DNA of 64,000 nucleotides from Escherichia coli O157:H7 (GTDB lineage Bacteria; Pseudomonadota; Gammaproteobacteria; Enterobacterales; Enterobacteriaceae): NCBI RefSeq assembly GCF_013167455.1, contig NZ_CP038328.1; one strand, 5' to 3'. Shown piece by piece: positions 51,301 to 64,000 of this stretch (position 1 is its first letter; each line of letters starts with the position of its first letter). The notes under the pieces were generated by a model. It saw only the letters and a program-made list of their open reading frames with translations, ran no database searches and was not told where the DNA came from. The position numbers and the translations under genes were made by a program.

Positions 51301-51709
51301 GGCGTTTATTACCGAGCAGTTTATCAACTGGTCGCTCTCTGACTCGGTCACGCGCGTGGTGTTGACGATTCCGGCCCCTGCCGATGCCAACAGTGAAGAA
51401 GTGACGGAAATCCTGCTCACCGCAGCGCGTCGCTGCTCGCTGGTGATCGACAACCCGGCACCGGAAGTCTTCCTGGTGGATCTGCAACAGGGGATTCAGA
51501 TTTTCGAGCTGCGTATTTACGCCGCTGAGATGGGTCACCGTATGCCGCTACGCCATGAGATCCACCAGCTGATTCTGGCTGGCTTCCATGCCCACGGTAT
51601 CGATATGCCATTCCCGCCCTTCCAGATGCGTCTGGAAAGCCTCAACGGTAAACAAACGGGGAGAACGCTGACGTCTGCGGGCAAAGGTCGTCAGGCGGGA
51701 AGTTTGTAA
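48386..51709 (+). CDS. mscM: miniconductance mechanosensitive channel MscM (1107 aa)
   Basis: Long periplasmic coiled-coil region, multi-TM region, MscS-like C-terminal domain. Confidence 0.85.
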   Translation: MRLIITFLMAWCLSWGAYAATAPDSKQITQELEQAKAAKPAQPEVVEALQSALNALEERKGSLERIKQYQEVIDNYPKLSATLRAQLNNMRDEPRSVSPGMSTDALNQEILQVSSQLLDKSRQAQQEQERAREIADSLNQLPQQQTDARRQLNEIERRLGTLTGNTPLNQAQNFALQSDSARLKALVDELELAQLSANNRQELARLRSELAEKESQQLDAYLQALRNQLNSQRQLEAERALESTELLAENSADLPKDIVAQFKINRELSAALNQQAQRMDLVASQQRQAASQTLQVRQALNTLREQSQWLGSSNLLGEALRAQVARLPEMPKPQQLDTEMAQLRVQRLRYEDLLNKQPLLRQIHQADGQPLTAEQNRILEAQLRTQRELLNSLLQGGDTLLLELTKLKVSNGQLEDALKEVNEATHRYLFWTSDVRPMTIAWPLEIAQDLRRLISLDTFSQLGKASVMMLTSKETILPLFGALILVGCSIYSRRYFTRFLERSAAKVGKVTQDHFWLTLRTLFWSILVASPLPVLWMTLGYGLREAWPYPLAVAIGDGVTATVPLLWVVMICATFARPNGLFIAHFGWPRERVSRGMRYYLMSIGLIVPLIMALMMFDNLDDREFSGSLGRLCFILICGALAVVTLSLKKAGIPLYLNKEGSGDNITNHMLWNMMIGAPLVAILASAVGYLATAQALLARLETSVAIWFLLLVVYHVIRRWMLIQRRRLAFDRAKHRRAEMLAQRARGEEEAHHHSSPEGAIEVDESEVDLDAISAQSLRLVRSILMLIALLSVIVLWSEIHSAFGFLENISLWDVTSTVQGVESLEPITLGAVLIAILVFIITTQLVRNLPALLELAILQHLDLTPGTGYAITTITKYLLMLIGGLVGFSMIGIEWSKLQWLVAALGVGLGFGLQEIFANFISGLIILFEKPIRIGDTVTIRDLTGSVTKINTRATTISDWDRKEIIVPNKAFITEQFINWSLSDSVTRVVLTIPAPADANSEEVTEILLTAARRCSLVIDNPAPEVFLVDLQQGIQIFELRIYAAEMGHRMPLRHEIHQLILAGFHAHGIDMPFPPFQMRLESLNGKQTGRTLTSAGKGRQAGSL

Positions 51710-51859
51710 TGCATGAAGCTGCCAAATGATGTCAACGTGGCTCATTTAGCAGCTTAACATCATCTTCAGTTATCACCGGCCCTGGAGAGTATCATCCATA
51801 CGCATTACTTCCTGACAACTCATCGCCGGAGAGACGATGAGTTGCAGGATTTCATATGA

Positions 51860-53362
51860 TCAGTCGAGAGCTAACTCAGGTTTATTCGCCATGCGACTGC
51901 AATAGTTCTGGTAAATCGCCATCGCTAACAGCGAGAAGAAGACAGGGCCGCCAATCATCCACAATGTGCTGTCCCAGTCTCCGGCTTCAACCACAGGCTG
52001 AATAATGGTGAAGACGTTCGCAAATGTCACCACCAGAACGACAACCACCGTCGCAATCATTGCCGACATACGCGTTTTGAAAATCACAAATGGTCTGTCG
52101 AGATCCTGACGTGCTTTAAAGAATGGGAAAGCCAGCGCGAGGAACAGGTAAGGAAGCGTCATAGACACGTTCGCCATCAGCGTCAGCTTGTTAAAGAACG
52201 CCGATGCGGTACCGCCACCAAACGAAACCAGCAGGATGAAGACAGTAACCAACCCGCACTGCATCCACATAGCGATAGACGGCATCCCCATCGCATTCAG
52301 GCGCGTCATCGGTTCCGGCCACAACGCTTTCGGCGTCCCCTGGATGATGGCTTTCAGCGGTGAATAGCAAAGCGTAAAGAACGCACCGGTATAAGCGAGG
52401 AACATCGAAAGTCCGGTAATACGCGCAAACCATACGCCCAGCGACAATGACGCTTCAGGTGACAAATGCAGTGCGTTACCCAGCGTCACCCCGAGGCTCT
52501 TCATCAGCACATAGGTAATATTGCCGAGGTTAACGGAACCATTACTTAATACCTGCTGCCAGTTTGTGCTGACGCCCCATAAAAATATTGCCAGCGAATA
52601 ACCGATTGAAATAACAATAGCGGCAAAAACAATACCTTTGGCAAAGTTCTTTTCTGGATTTTCCGTTTTATCGACCAGACCACCAACCGCTTCAATTCCG
52701 CCATAGGCAAAAATAGCAAATACCACAAACGATAGCATTGCCAGACCGGACTGATAACCTGGGTTCGGTGATGCAAGGAAATTAATATCCTGCGCGAAAT
52801 GCCCACCATTTAATAACAAAATAGTAATGCTTACTAACAGCAATACTAAATTCAGACACATTACTGCAATACCGCCCACCGCAGTAATGCGGGCAATTTT
52901 ATTAATCCCCTTTGAAGCAACGACGGTGACCAGAATCATCCATGCCACTGCCAGCAGACCAACCACCTGCGTAGGCTCCAGTCCGGCAATACGCCAGTGC
53001 TGGGTCATGTCGCTACCATAGAGGAATGTTGAGAACGGTACCCAAACTTTCGCGGAGGTGCTCACCATCCAGATGATATAAGAGGAAAACCACATAAACG
53101 TACCAATGAAGGCAAAACGTGGTCCGACACTATTATTCATCCAGGAATAGATACCGCCTTCTTCTTTGCGATAAGCAGCTCCCATTTCAGCCATCATTAA
53201 GGCGAATGGAATAAAGAATAACAATGCAGAAAATATATAAAAGGGAATCGCACTATAACCCATTAAGTAATAAGCCGATGGGCTATTGGCAAATCCAAAT
53301 ACGGAAGTAAAGATCATCAATATGAGTCCTATCAGACTCATCTTTTTTATCGTGTGAGGCAT
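51860..53362 (-). CDS. yjeM: APC-superfamily amino acid transporter (about 500 aa)
   Basis: ORF 51860..53404; polytopic membrane protein; start uncertain. Confidence 0.75.
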   Translation of the reverse strand: MPHTIKKMSLIGLILMIFTSVFGFANSPSAYYLMGYSAIPFYIFSALLFFIPFALMMAEMGAAYRKEEGGIYSWMNNSVGPRFAFIGTFMWFSSYIIWMVSTSAKVWVPFSTFLYGSDMTQHWRIAGLEPTQVVGLLAVAWMILVTVVASKGINKIARITAVGGIAVMCLNLVLLLVSITILLLNGGHFAQDINFLASPNPGYQSGLAMLSFVVFAIFAYGGIEAVGGLVDKTENPEKNFAKGIVFAAIVISIGYSLAIFLWGVSTNWQQVLSNGSVNLGNITYVLMKSLGVTLGNALHLSPEASLSLGVWFARITGLSMFLAYTGAFFTLCYSPLKAIIQGTPKALWPEPMTRLNAMGMPSIAMWMQCGLVTVFILLVSFGGGTASAFFNKLTLMANVSMTLPYLFLALAFPFFKARQDLDRPFVIFKTRMSAMIATVVVVLVVTFANVFTIIQPVVEAGDWDSTLWMIGGPVFFSLLAMAIYQNYCSRMANKPELALD

Positions 53363-53580
53363 GAAACCATCCTTCATTTCAGCGCGTGTATAAAACGCGC
53401 CCACTGAACTGCACTGCCCAACATTGAGCGGGCAGCGTAAAAACCAATACAGAATTGATACCTGGATGATATCAAATATCCAGTCTTAAATTGTGGCCTT
53501 TAGCGGAAAAATGAAAACATATGCTACAGAATGGCGCTTATCACGCCATTCTTCGCTGTTAATTCAGTAATTTTTCAGAA

Positions 53581-54558
53581 TTATGCCCGGTCAACGCTAA
53601 AGGCGATGACTTCAGCCAGTGTCTCCGCGCCCAGCGCCAACATCACCAGACGATCAACACCTAATGCCACGCCGGAACAGTCAGGCATACCGACTTTCAA
53701 GGCTTCAATCAGATTCTGATCAATGGGGTGCTGCGGCAAACCGCGCGCCGCGCGCTTACGGTTATCTTGTTCAAAGCGTTGTTGCTGCTCACGGGCATCC
53801 GTCAATTCATGGAAACCATTCGCCAGCTCAATACCTTTATAATAAACCTCAAAGCGTTCAGCGACCCGATGATCTTCGGTACTGATTTGCGCCAGTGATG
53901 CCTGGCTGGCTGGAAAGTGGTACACAAAGGTCGGTTTTTCTTTACCAATATTTGGTTCTACGCCAAAGGTAAACAGCAATTGTAGCAACGTGTCGCGGTC
54001 TTCTTCGGTATCAGCAACATTGCTCAAATCCAGTTTCGCTGCCACTTCCCGCAGTTGCGTTTTGTCGGCAGAGAGCGGGTCAATTTCCAGATAACGCAAG
54101 AAAGCTTGTTGATAAGAAAGGCTTTCTGCTGCCGGGCAGTCCAGCACCTGTTGTAAGAGATCGTCCACCTCGTTCATCAACCGGTACATATCATAGTGCG
54201 GTCGATACCACTCAAGCATAGTGAACTCAGGGTTGTGATAACGCCCCATCTCTTCATTACGGAAACTGCGGCACAGCTGGAATACCGGCCCGCAACCGGC
54301 AACCAGCAGGCGTTTCATATGGTATTCCGGGCTGGTCATTAACCAGAGATTCATCCCCTGCGAATGCCCGGGGCCAACGAAACGTGTCTCAAACGGGACC
54401 AAATGAATATCGGTTACCGTCGCCTGGCTCATACAAGGCGTCTCCACCTCCAGCACTCCACGATCGGCAAAGAAACGACGGATCTCCGCCATAATCGCCG
54501 CGCGTTTTAATAAGTTAGGAATGGATGCGCTCGGCTGCCAGGATGCCGTTTCGCTCAT
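53581..54558 (-). CDS. epmA: EF-P-(R)-beta-lysine ligase, lysyl-tRNA-synthetase paralogue (325 aa)
   Basis: ORF 53581..54603; start at [14 protein letters not shown]; class II aaRS core. Confidence 0.85.
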   Translation of the reverse strand: MSETASWQPSASIPNLLKRAAIMAEIRRFFADRGVLEVETPCMSQATVTDIHLVPFETRFVGPGHSQGMNLWLMTSPEYHMKRLLVAGCGPVFQLCRSFRNEEMGRYHNPEFTMLEWYRPHYDMYRLMNEVDDLLQQVLDCPAAESLSYQQAFLRYLEIDPLSADKTQLREVAAKLDLSNVADTEEDRDTLLQLLFTFGVEPNIGKEKPTFVYHFPASQASLAQISTEDHRVAERFEVYYKGIELANGFHELTDAREQQQRFEQDNRKRAARGLPQHPIDQNLIEALKVGMPDCSGVALGVDRLVMLALGAETLAEVIAFSVDRA

Positions 54559-54882
54559 AGTTAAATCTCCAGTTTTTGACAAGGGCACGAAGTCTACTCG
54601 CAACGCGACGGCGAGACAAATTTTACGCAGGAATAAAACAACGGTGGGCAGTGACTAAAAAAAGCACGATCTGATGGTTTAGTAATTAAATTAATCATCT
54701 TCAGTGATAATTTAGCCCTCTTGCGCACTAAAAAAATCGATCTCGTCAAATTTCAGACTTATCCATCAGACTATACTGTTGTACCTATAAAGGAGCAGTG
54801 GAATAGCGTTCGCAGACCGTAACTTTCAGGCACTTACCCTGAAGTACGGGGCTGTGGGATAAAAACAATCTGGAGGAATGTC

Positions 54883-56683
54883 GTGCAAACCTTTCAAGCC
54901 GATCTTGCCATTGTAGGCGCCGGTGGCGCGGGATTACGTGCTGCAATTGCTGCCGCGCAGGCAAATCCAAATGCAAAAATCGCACTAATCTCAAAAGTAT
55001 ACCCGATGCGTAGCCATACCGTTGCTGCAGAAGGGGGCTCCGCCGCTGTCGCGCAGGATCATGACAGCTTCGAATATCACTTTCACGATACAGTAGCGGG
55101 TGGCGACTGGTTGTGTGAGCAGGATGTCGTGGATTATTTCGTCCACCACTGCCCAACCGAAATGACCCAACTGGAACTGTGGGGGTGCCCATGGAGCCGT
55201 CGCCCGGATGGTAGCGTCAACGTACGTCGCTTCGGCGGCATGAAAATCGAGCGTACCTGGTTCGCCGCCGATAAGACCGGCTTCCATATGCTGCACACGC
55301 TGTTCCAGACCTCTCTGCAATTCCCGCAGATCCAGCGTTTTGACGAACATTTCGTGCTGGATATTCTGGTTGATGATGGTCATGTTCGCGGCCTGGTAGC
55401 AATGAACATGATGGAAGGCACGCTGGTGCAGATCCGTGCTAACGCGGTCGTTATGGCTACTGGCGGTGCGGGTCGCGTTTATCGTTACAACACCAACGGC
55501 GGCATCGTTACCGGTGACGGTATGGGTATGGCGCTAAGCCACGGCGTTCCGCTGCGTGACATGGAATTCGTTCAGTATCATCCAACCGGTCTGCCAGGTT
55601 CCGGTATCCTGATGACCGAAGGTTGCCGCGGTGAAGGCGGTATTCTGGTCAACAAAAATGGCTACCGTTATCTGCAAGATTACGGCATGGGCCCGGAAAC
55701 TCCGCTGGGCGAGCCGAAAAACAAATATATGGAACTGGGTCCACGCGACAAAGTTTCTCAGGCCTTCTGGCACGAATGGCGTAAAGGCAACACCATCTCC
55801 ACGCCGCGTGGTGATGTGGTTTATCTCGACCTGCGTCACCTCGGCGAGAAAAAACTGCATGAACGTCTGCCGTTCATCTGCGAACTGGCGAAAGCGTACG
55901 TTGGCGTCGATCCGGTTAAAGAACCGATTCCGGTACGTCCGACCGCACACTACACCATGGGCGGTATCGAAACCGATCAGAACTGTGAAACCCGCATTAA
56001 AGGTCTGTTCGCCGTGGGTGAATGTTCCTCTGTTGGTCTGCACGGTGCAAACCGTCTGGGCTCCAACTCCCTGGCGGAACTGGTGGTCTTCGGCCGTCTG
56101 GCCGGTGAACAAGCGACAGAGCGTGCAGCAACTGCCGGTAATGGCAACGAAGCGGCAATTGAAGCGCAGGCAGCTGGCGTTGAACAACGTCTGAAAGATC
56201 TGGTTAACCAGGATGGCGGCGAAAACTGGGCGAAGATCCGCGACGAAATGGGCCTGGCTATGGAAGAAGGTTGCGGTATCTACCGTACGCCGGAACTGAT
56301 GCAGAAAACCATCGACAAGCTGGCAGAGCTGCAGGAACGCTTCAAGCGCGTGCGCATCACCGACACTTCCAGCGTGTTCAACACCGACCTGCTCTACACC
56401 ATTGAACTGGGCCACGGTCTGAACGTTGCTGAATGTATGGCGCACTCCGCAATGGCACGTAAAGAGTCCCGCGGCGCACACCAGCGTCTGGACGAAGGTT
56501 GCACCAAGCGTGACGACGTCAACTTCCTCAAACACACCCTCGCCTTCCGCGATGCTGATGGCACGACTCGCCTGGAGTACAGCGACGTGAAGATTACTAC
56601 GCTACCGCCAGCTAAACGCGTTTACGGTGGCGAAGCGGATGCAGCCGATAAGGCGGAAGCAGCCAATAAGAAGGAGAAGGCGA

Positions 56684-56691
<8 letters not shown>
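54883..56691 (+). CDS. frdA: fumarate reductase flavoprotein subunit (602 aa)
   Basis: Recognised sequence [26 protein letters not shown] (FAD-binding). Confidence 0.95.
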
Positions 56692-57824
<1,133 letters not shown>

Positions 57825-57834
57825 GGAGCCTGAG

Positions 57835-59390
<1,556 letters not shown>

Positions 59391-59400
59391 AATTTCATCG

Positions 59401-59424
59401 GGTCCGAATTTTCGGACCTTTTCT
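59401..59424 (+). terminator. intrinsic terminator after ampC
   Basis: ggtccgaattttcggacc stem-loop followed by TTTTCT. Confidence 0.65.
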
Positions 59425-59477
59425 GCGCTTTTCCTTGCTGTCATCTACACTTAGAAAAAACCAGTAAGGAAACATTT

Positions 59478-60011
59478 ATGCGCCTGCTCCCTCTCGTTGC
59501 CGCAGCGACAGCTGCATTTCTGGTCGTTGCCTGCAGTTCTCCTACGCCGCCGCGTGGCGTGACCGTAGTGAATAATTTCGACGCTAAACGCTATCTCGGT
59601 ACCTGGTATGAGATTGCCCGTTTTGATCACCGCTTTGAACGTGGACTGGAAAAAGTCACCGCAACATACAGCCTGCGTGATGACGGCGGCCTGAATGTCA
59701 TTAATAAAGGCTATAACCCTGACAGAGGAATGTGGCAGCAGAGTGAAGGGAAAGCGTACTTTACCGGCGCACCAACTCGCGCTGCGCTGAAAGTGTCATT
59801 CTTTGGTCCTTTCTATGGCGGTTATAACGTTATTGCACTCGATCGGGAATACCGCCATGCGCTGGTTTGCGGACCGGACCGCGACTACCTGTGGATACTC
59901 TCCCGCACGCCAACCATTTCTGACGAAGTGAAACAGGAGATGCTGGCAGTCGCGACCCGGGAAGGGTTTGATGTCAGTAAGTTTATTTGGGTACAGCAGC
60001 CCGGTAGTTAG
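59478..60011 (+). CDS. blc: outer-membrane lipocalin Blc (177 aa)
   Basis: Lipobox (VVACSS) and lipocalin motifs. Confidence 0.85.
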   Translation: MRLLPLVAAATAAFLVVACSSPTPPRGVTVVNNFDAKRYLGTWYEIARFDHRFERGLEKVTATYSLRDDGGLNVINKGYNPDRGMWQQSEGKAYFTGAPTRAALKVSFFGPFYGGYNVIALDREYRHALVCGPDRDYLWILSRTPTISDEVKQEMLAVATREGFDVSKFIWVQQPGS

Positions 60012-60325
60012 TGAGTGCTGAGTTTCAGACCAATAATCCCCAATACGATTAACGCCAGACTCGCCAGACGCATCGGGTTAGCGGACTCACCGAGCAGCAC
60101 AATGCCGGTGATGGCCGCGCCGACTGCGCCAATACCCGTCCACACGGCATAAGCCGTCCCTACTGGTAACGATTTCATCGCCCAGGCAAGTAGCGCCATA
60201 CTGACAATCATCGCCGTCACGGTAATAACACTCGGCGTCAAACGACTAAAGCCGTGGGTATATTTCAGGCCTACGGCCCATACCACTTCCAGCAGACCAG
60301 CAATAACTAAGATAATCCAGGACAT
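60008..60325 (-). CDS. gdx: SMR-family guanidinium exporter (105 aa)
   Basis: ORF 60008..60475; start at [22 protein letters not shown]; four TM helices. Confidence 0.85.
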   Translation of the reverse strand: MSWIILVIAGLLEVVWAVGLKYTHGFSRLTPSVITVTAMIVSMALLAWAMKSLPVGTAYAVWTGIGAVGAAITGIVLLGESANPMRLASLALIVLGIIGLKLSTH

Positions 60326-60500
60326 ATCAGGCTCCGGAGAATTGGGGCCGTCCCCGGTGAAAAGACGCGTTTGCAGGTCGTCCTGCAAAGCTGATGGTTG
60401 AACGGATATTTTGCCAGGTGGCGGGGGAATTTCAACTATTACCTTTGTGACTATCGCAGAAAAAACAAACGGCACGACACAGCTGTCGTACCGTTATTGC

Positions 60501-60647
60501 TTATTGCTGCGCTTTCGTTGCTGCACCAGAAATCGCGTTACCGCCATCAGAAATGTCTTCACCAACGCCACGCGTGGTGTTGCAGGCAGTTAATACTGTT
60601 GAAAGCACCAGAACAGAAAAGATCGCTGCAATTGTCTTCTTCACCAT
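60501..60647 (-). CDS. ecnB: entericidin B lipoprotein (48 aa)
   Basis: Hand-translated minus-strand [51 protein letters not shown]; lipobox LTAC; too short for the ORF track. Confidence 0.8.
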
Positions 60648-60757
60648 AACGTCTTCCTTTTAGGTAATGTTATTTATGTTTGCCTATAGCAAATTAATAA
60701 TAGACAACATCGCCAAAAATGATGGAAATCTGATGATTTTTCGGAAGAGAAGAAAAA

Positions 60758-60883
60758 TTAGCTGGCAGCGCGGGAGATGGAGTTGCCGAGATGTTTGATG
60801 TCTTCGCCGAAACCGCGAGCGGTGTTACAGCCCGTGAGCAGCGTGCTGGCAAGCAAAACAAGAACGATAAGGCGTTTCATCAT
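60758..60883 (-). CDS. ecnA: entericidin A lipoprotein (41 aa)
   Basis: Hand-translated minus-strand [44 protein letters not shown]; lipobox LTGC; paralogue of ecnB. Confidence 0.8.
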   Translation of the reverse strand: MMKRLIVLVLLASTLLTGCNTARGFGEDIKHLGNSISRAAS

Positions 60884-60934
60884 CTCTGACCTGAATAAGT
60901 GATGGTGCAGCCTGCAGGCCGCACCACAACCGCA

Positions 60935-61501
60935 TTACTTCACGCGAGAGACGTATTCACCAGAGCGGGTATCCACTTTGATGACTTCGCCGATTTGTAC
61001 GAACAGCGGAACTTTAACCACAGCGCCAGTAGACAGGGTAGCCGGTTTGCCGCCAGTACCTGCGGTATCACCTTTCAGGCCCGGATCGGTATCAACGATT
61101 TCCAGTTCAACGAAGTTCGGCGGAGTAACGGAGATCGGCTGACCATTCCACAGAGTTACGATACACTCTGCCTGATCCAGCAGCCATTTAGCGTTGTCGC
61201 CAATTGCTTTTGCGTCAGCAGACAGCTGCTCGAAAGTTTCGTTGTTCATGAAGTGCCAGAACTCACCGTCGTTGTACAGGTAAGTCAGGTTCATATCGAC
61301 AACATCAGCGCCTTCAGCGGAATCAGTAGATTTGAAGGTTTTTTCTACGCGAGTACCGGTCAGCAGACGACGCAGTTTAACGCGAGCAAATGCCTGGCCT
61401 TTACCCGGTTTTACGAATTCACTCGCTTCAACCGCGTAAGGTTCGCCGTCTAACATGATTTTAAGACCAGCACGAAAATCGTTGCTATAGTACGTTGCCA
61501 T
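60935..61501 (-). CDS. efp: translation elongation factor P (188 aa)
   Basis: Recognised sequence [46 protein letters not shown]. Confidence 0.95.
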
Positions 61502-61542
61502 AAGGCCCTCTGAAATTTGTTAATTGGTAGCTAAGCCACAAA

Positions 61543-62571
61543 ATGGCGCATATTGTAACCCTAAATACCCCATCCAGAGAAGATTGGTTAACGCAACTTG
61601 CCGATGTTGTGACCGATCCTGATGAACTTCTGCGTCTTTTGAATATAGACGCGGACGAAAAACTGTTGGCCGGACGCAACGCCAAAAAGCTGTTTGCCCT
61701 GCGTGTGCCCCGCTCATTTATCGATCGCATGGAGAAAGGCAATCCGGACGATCCGCTTTTGCGTCAGGTACTTACCTCGCAAGATGAGTTTGTCGTCGCG
61801 CCCGGATTCTCCACCGACCCGCTGGAAGAACAGCACAGCGTAGTGCCTGGTTTGTTGCATAAATACCACAACCGGGCGCTTTTGCTGGTCAAAGGCGGCT
61901 GCGCGGTAAATTGCCGCTATTGCTTCCGTCGCCACTTCCCCTATGCCGAAAATCAGGGCAACAAGCGTAACTGGCAAACTGCACTTGAGTATGTTGCTGC
62001 GCATCCGGAACTGGACGAGATGATTTTCTCCGGCGGCGATCCGCTGATGGCGAAAGATCACGAGCTGGACTGGTTGCTCACACAACTGGAAGCCATCCCG
62101 CATATCAAACGTCTGCGGATTCACAGTCGTCTGCCGATTGTGATCCCGGCACGCATCACAGATGCGCTGGTTGAACGCTTTTCACATTCTACGCTGCAAA
62201 TCTTGCTGGTGAATCACATCAACCATGCCAATGAGATAGATGAAACATTCCGTCAGGCGATGGCTAAGTTGCGCCGGGCGGGCGTTACTTTGCTGAACCA
62301 GAGCGTTCTGTTACGTGGTGTGAACGATAACGCACAAACGCTGGCAAACCTGAGTAATGCGTTGTTCGATGCAGGCGTGATGCCGTATTACCTGCATGTG
62401 CTCGATAAAGTACAGGGCGCGGCGCATTTTATGGTGAGTGATGACGAAGCACGGCAGATTATGCGTGAGTTGCTGACACTGGTGTCGGGATATCTGGTGC
62501 CGAAACTGGCGCGAGAAATTGGCGGCGAACCCAGCAAAACGCCGCTGGATCTCCAGCTACGCCAGCAGTAA
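61543..62571 (+). CDS. epmB: L-lysine 2,3-aminomutase-like radical SAM enzyme for EF-P modification (342 aa)
   Basis: Radical-SAM CxxxCxxC motif (CAVNCRYCFRRHF); divergent from efp. Confidence 0.85.
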   Translation: MAHIVTLNTPSREDWLTQLADVVTDPDELLRLLNIDADEKLLAGRNAKKLFALRVPRSFIDRMEKGNPDDPLLRQVLTSQDEFVVAPGFSTDPLEEQHSVVPGLLHKYHNRALLLVKGGCAVNCRYCFRRHFPYAENQGNKRNWQTALEYVAAHPELDEMIFSGGDPLMAKDHELDWLLTQLEAIPHIKRLRIHSRLPIVIPARITDALVERFSHSTLQILLVNHINHANEIDETFRQAMAKLRRAGVTLLNQSVLLRGVNDNAQTLANLSNALFDAGVMPYYLHVLDKVQGAAHFMVSDDEARQIMRELLTLVSGYLVPKLAREIGGEPSKTPLDLQLRQQ

Positions 62572-62805
62572 CTGATTAAACAGGGAAGTTTAATCTTTGC
62601 CCGTTACATAACCTTTAATTATTCATATACATTGCTGTTGTTACTCTTTATATAACCAACACCAATAATTAACCTTTCTTTTCTGTTTATATAGAGTGAG
62701 TACGGCTATTTATGTTATTTTAACAACTATTACTACCAAGCCCATTTATCTGGCTTATAAATTAAAATTAATTATTTAATTGAGAAATGGTTAGGGAGAA
62801 CCTAC

Positions 62806-63675
62806 ATGGCCATAAGCATCAAGGGTGTTAATACCGGTGTTATTCGCAAGAGTAATAATTTCATTGCACTGGCGCTGAAAATTAAAGAACCTCGCAATAA
62901 AGAATCGTTGTTCTTTATGTCTGTCATGGAACTGCGCGACCTGCTGATTGCGCTGGAAAGTCGTCTGCATCAAAAGCATAAACTGGATGCTGCTGCACGC
63001 CTTCAGTATGAGCAAGCTCGCGATAAAGTCATTAAGAAAATGGCAGAAAACATCCCAGAAATTCTGGTTGATGAGCTTAAAAATGCCGATATTAATCGTC
63101 GGGTTAACACGCTGGAACTTACCGATAATCAAGGCGAAAATCTTACCTTCGTATTAACGCTACATGACGGTAGCAAATGTGAGTTAGTCGTCAATGAGTT
63201 GCAGATTGAAATGCTGGCGCGAGCAATCATTCATGCAATTAATAATGCGGAAATGCGTGAACTGGCATTACGTATTACCTCACTGTTAGATTTCCTGCCG
63301 TTATATGACGTTGACTGCCAGCAAAATGGCAATCTGGAATATGACACCTATTCCCAACCGGAATGGAAACATAACTTGTTCGACCATTATCTGGCGGTGC
63401 TTTACCGCTTTAAAGATGAAAGTGGCAAAGAACAATTTAGCGGCGCAGTGGTGAAAACGCGTGAAGCAACGCCGGGTAAAGAAATAGAGGCGATCACTCG
63501 CCGAATGCTTGATTTCAGCCCACGACTGAAAAAACTCGTGGGTGTGCCATGTCAGGTCTATGTTCGCACCGTAGCGGCGAATAACGCCCAACCGCTAACC
63601 CAGGATCAATGCTTACGCGCGCTGCATCACTTACGTGTTCAATCCACCAGCAAAACTGCACCACAGGCGAAATAA
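62806..63675 (+). CDS. yjeJ: uncharacterised protein (289 aa), AT-rich
   Basis: 289-aa ORF preceded by a 234-bp very AT-rich intergenic region. Confidence 0.7.
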   Translation: MAISIKGVNTGVIRKSNNFIALALKIKEPRNKESLFFMSVMELRDLLIALESRLHQKHKLDAAARLQYEQARDKVIKKMAENIPEILVDELKNADINRRVNTLELTDNQGENLTFVLTLHDGSKCELVVNELQIEMLARAIIHAINNAEMRELALRITSLLDFLPLYDVDCQQNGNLEYDTYSQPEWKHNLFDHYLAVLYRFKDESGKEQFSGAVVKTREATPGKEIEAITRRMLDFSPRLKKLVGVPCQVYVRTVAANNAQPLTQDQCLRALHHLRVQSTSKTAPQAK

Positions 63676-63721
63676 TCTCATCTTTGCTAATGCGAGGCTG
63701 GAGCCATCCAGCCTGAAATGA

Positions 63722-63845
<124 letters not shown>

Positions 63846-64000
63846 TTATACGTTTGTCACCATCACATCAGTTCGGGCACTTATATACCTGGCCGATAAT
63901 CTGGCTATCCGTCGGGACAAAACTGGACAACATTCCCTGCGACGGGCTACTGATGCCATAAATCACGTTACCGCCCATTGCAGCCGCCTGGTTGCGCAGA

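Noticed and set aside
55534-56535. 333-aa minus-strand ORF
   Set aside because: Antisense to the well-supported frdA gene; shadow ORF

Overview
This window is an Escherichia coli-type chromosomal segment. It is collinear, in reverse-complement orientation, with the K-12 interval from cpdB to yjeJ. Gene names come from my recognition of the translated ORFs and conserved motifs, not from any database search, and start codons were adjusted by eye. Almost everything is ordinary core genome: the rplI-rpsR-priB-rpsF ribosomal operon, the ula L-ascorbate regulon, the yjfIJKLMC cluster, rlmB-rnr-nsrR, purA, the nnr-tsaE-amiB-mutL-miaA-hfq-hflXKC superoperon, three tandem tRNA-Gly(GCC) genes, orn, rsgA, psd, mscM, frdABCD-ampC, blc, gdx, ecnAB, efp and epmB. 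The one clearly accessory element is a roughly 1.76 kb IS200/IS605-family insertion at about 8005-9769, with divergent tnpA (HuH Y1 transposase) and tnpB (RuvC-like, zinc-finger). It sits inside the small ytfA ORF between ytfB and yjfZ, and both ends carry subterminal hairpins with a shared 12-nt core. The most interesting candidate system is this TnpB together with a putative 3'-end guide RNA (omega-RNA), i.e. a possible RNA-guided nuclease; that function is inferred from family membership and is not demonstrated by the sequence. Secondary observations include the poorly characterised PspA-like yjfIJKLMC operon, three DUF1471 paralogues around the ula locus, a G9 homopolymer inside hflC, overlapping divergent start codons of nnr and queG, and AT-rich islands around yjeJ and yjfZ/ytfA.
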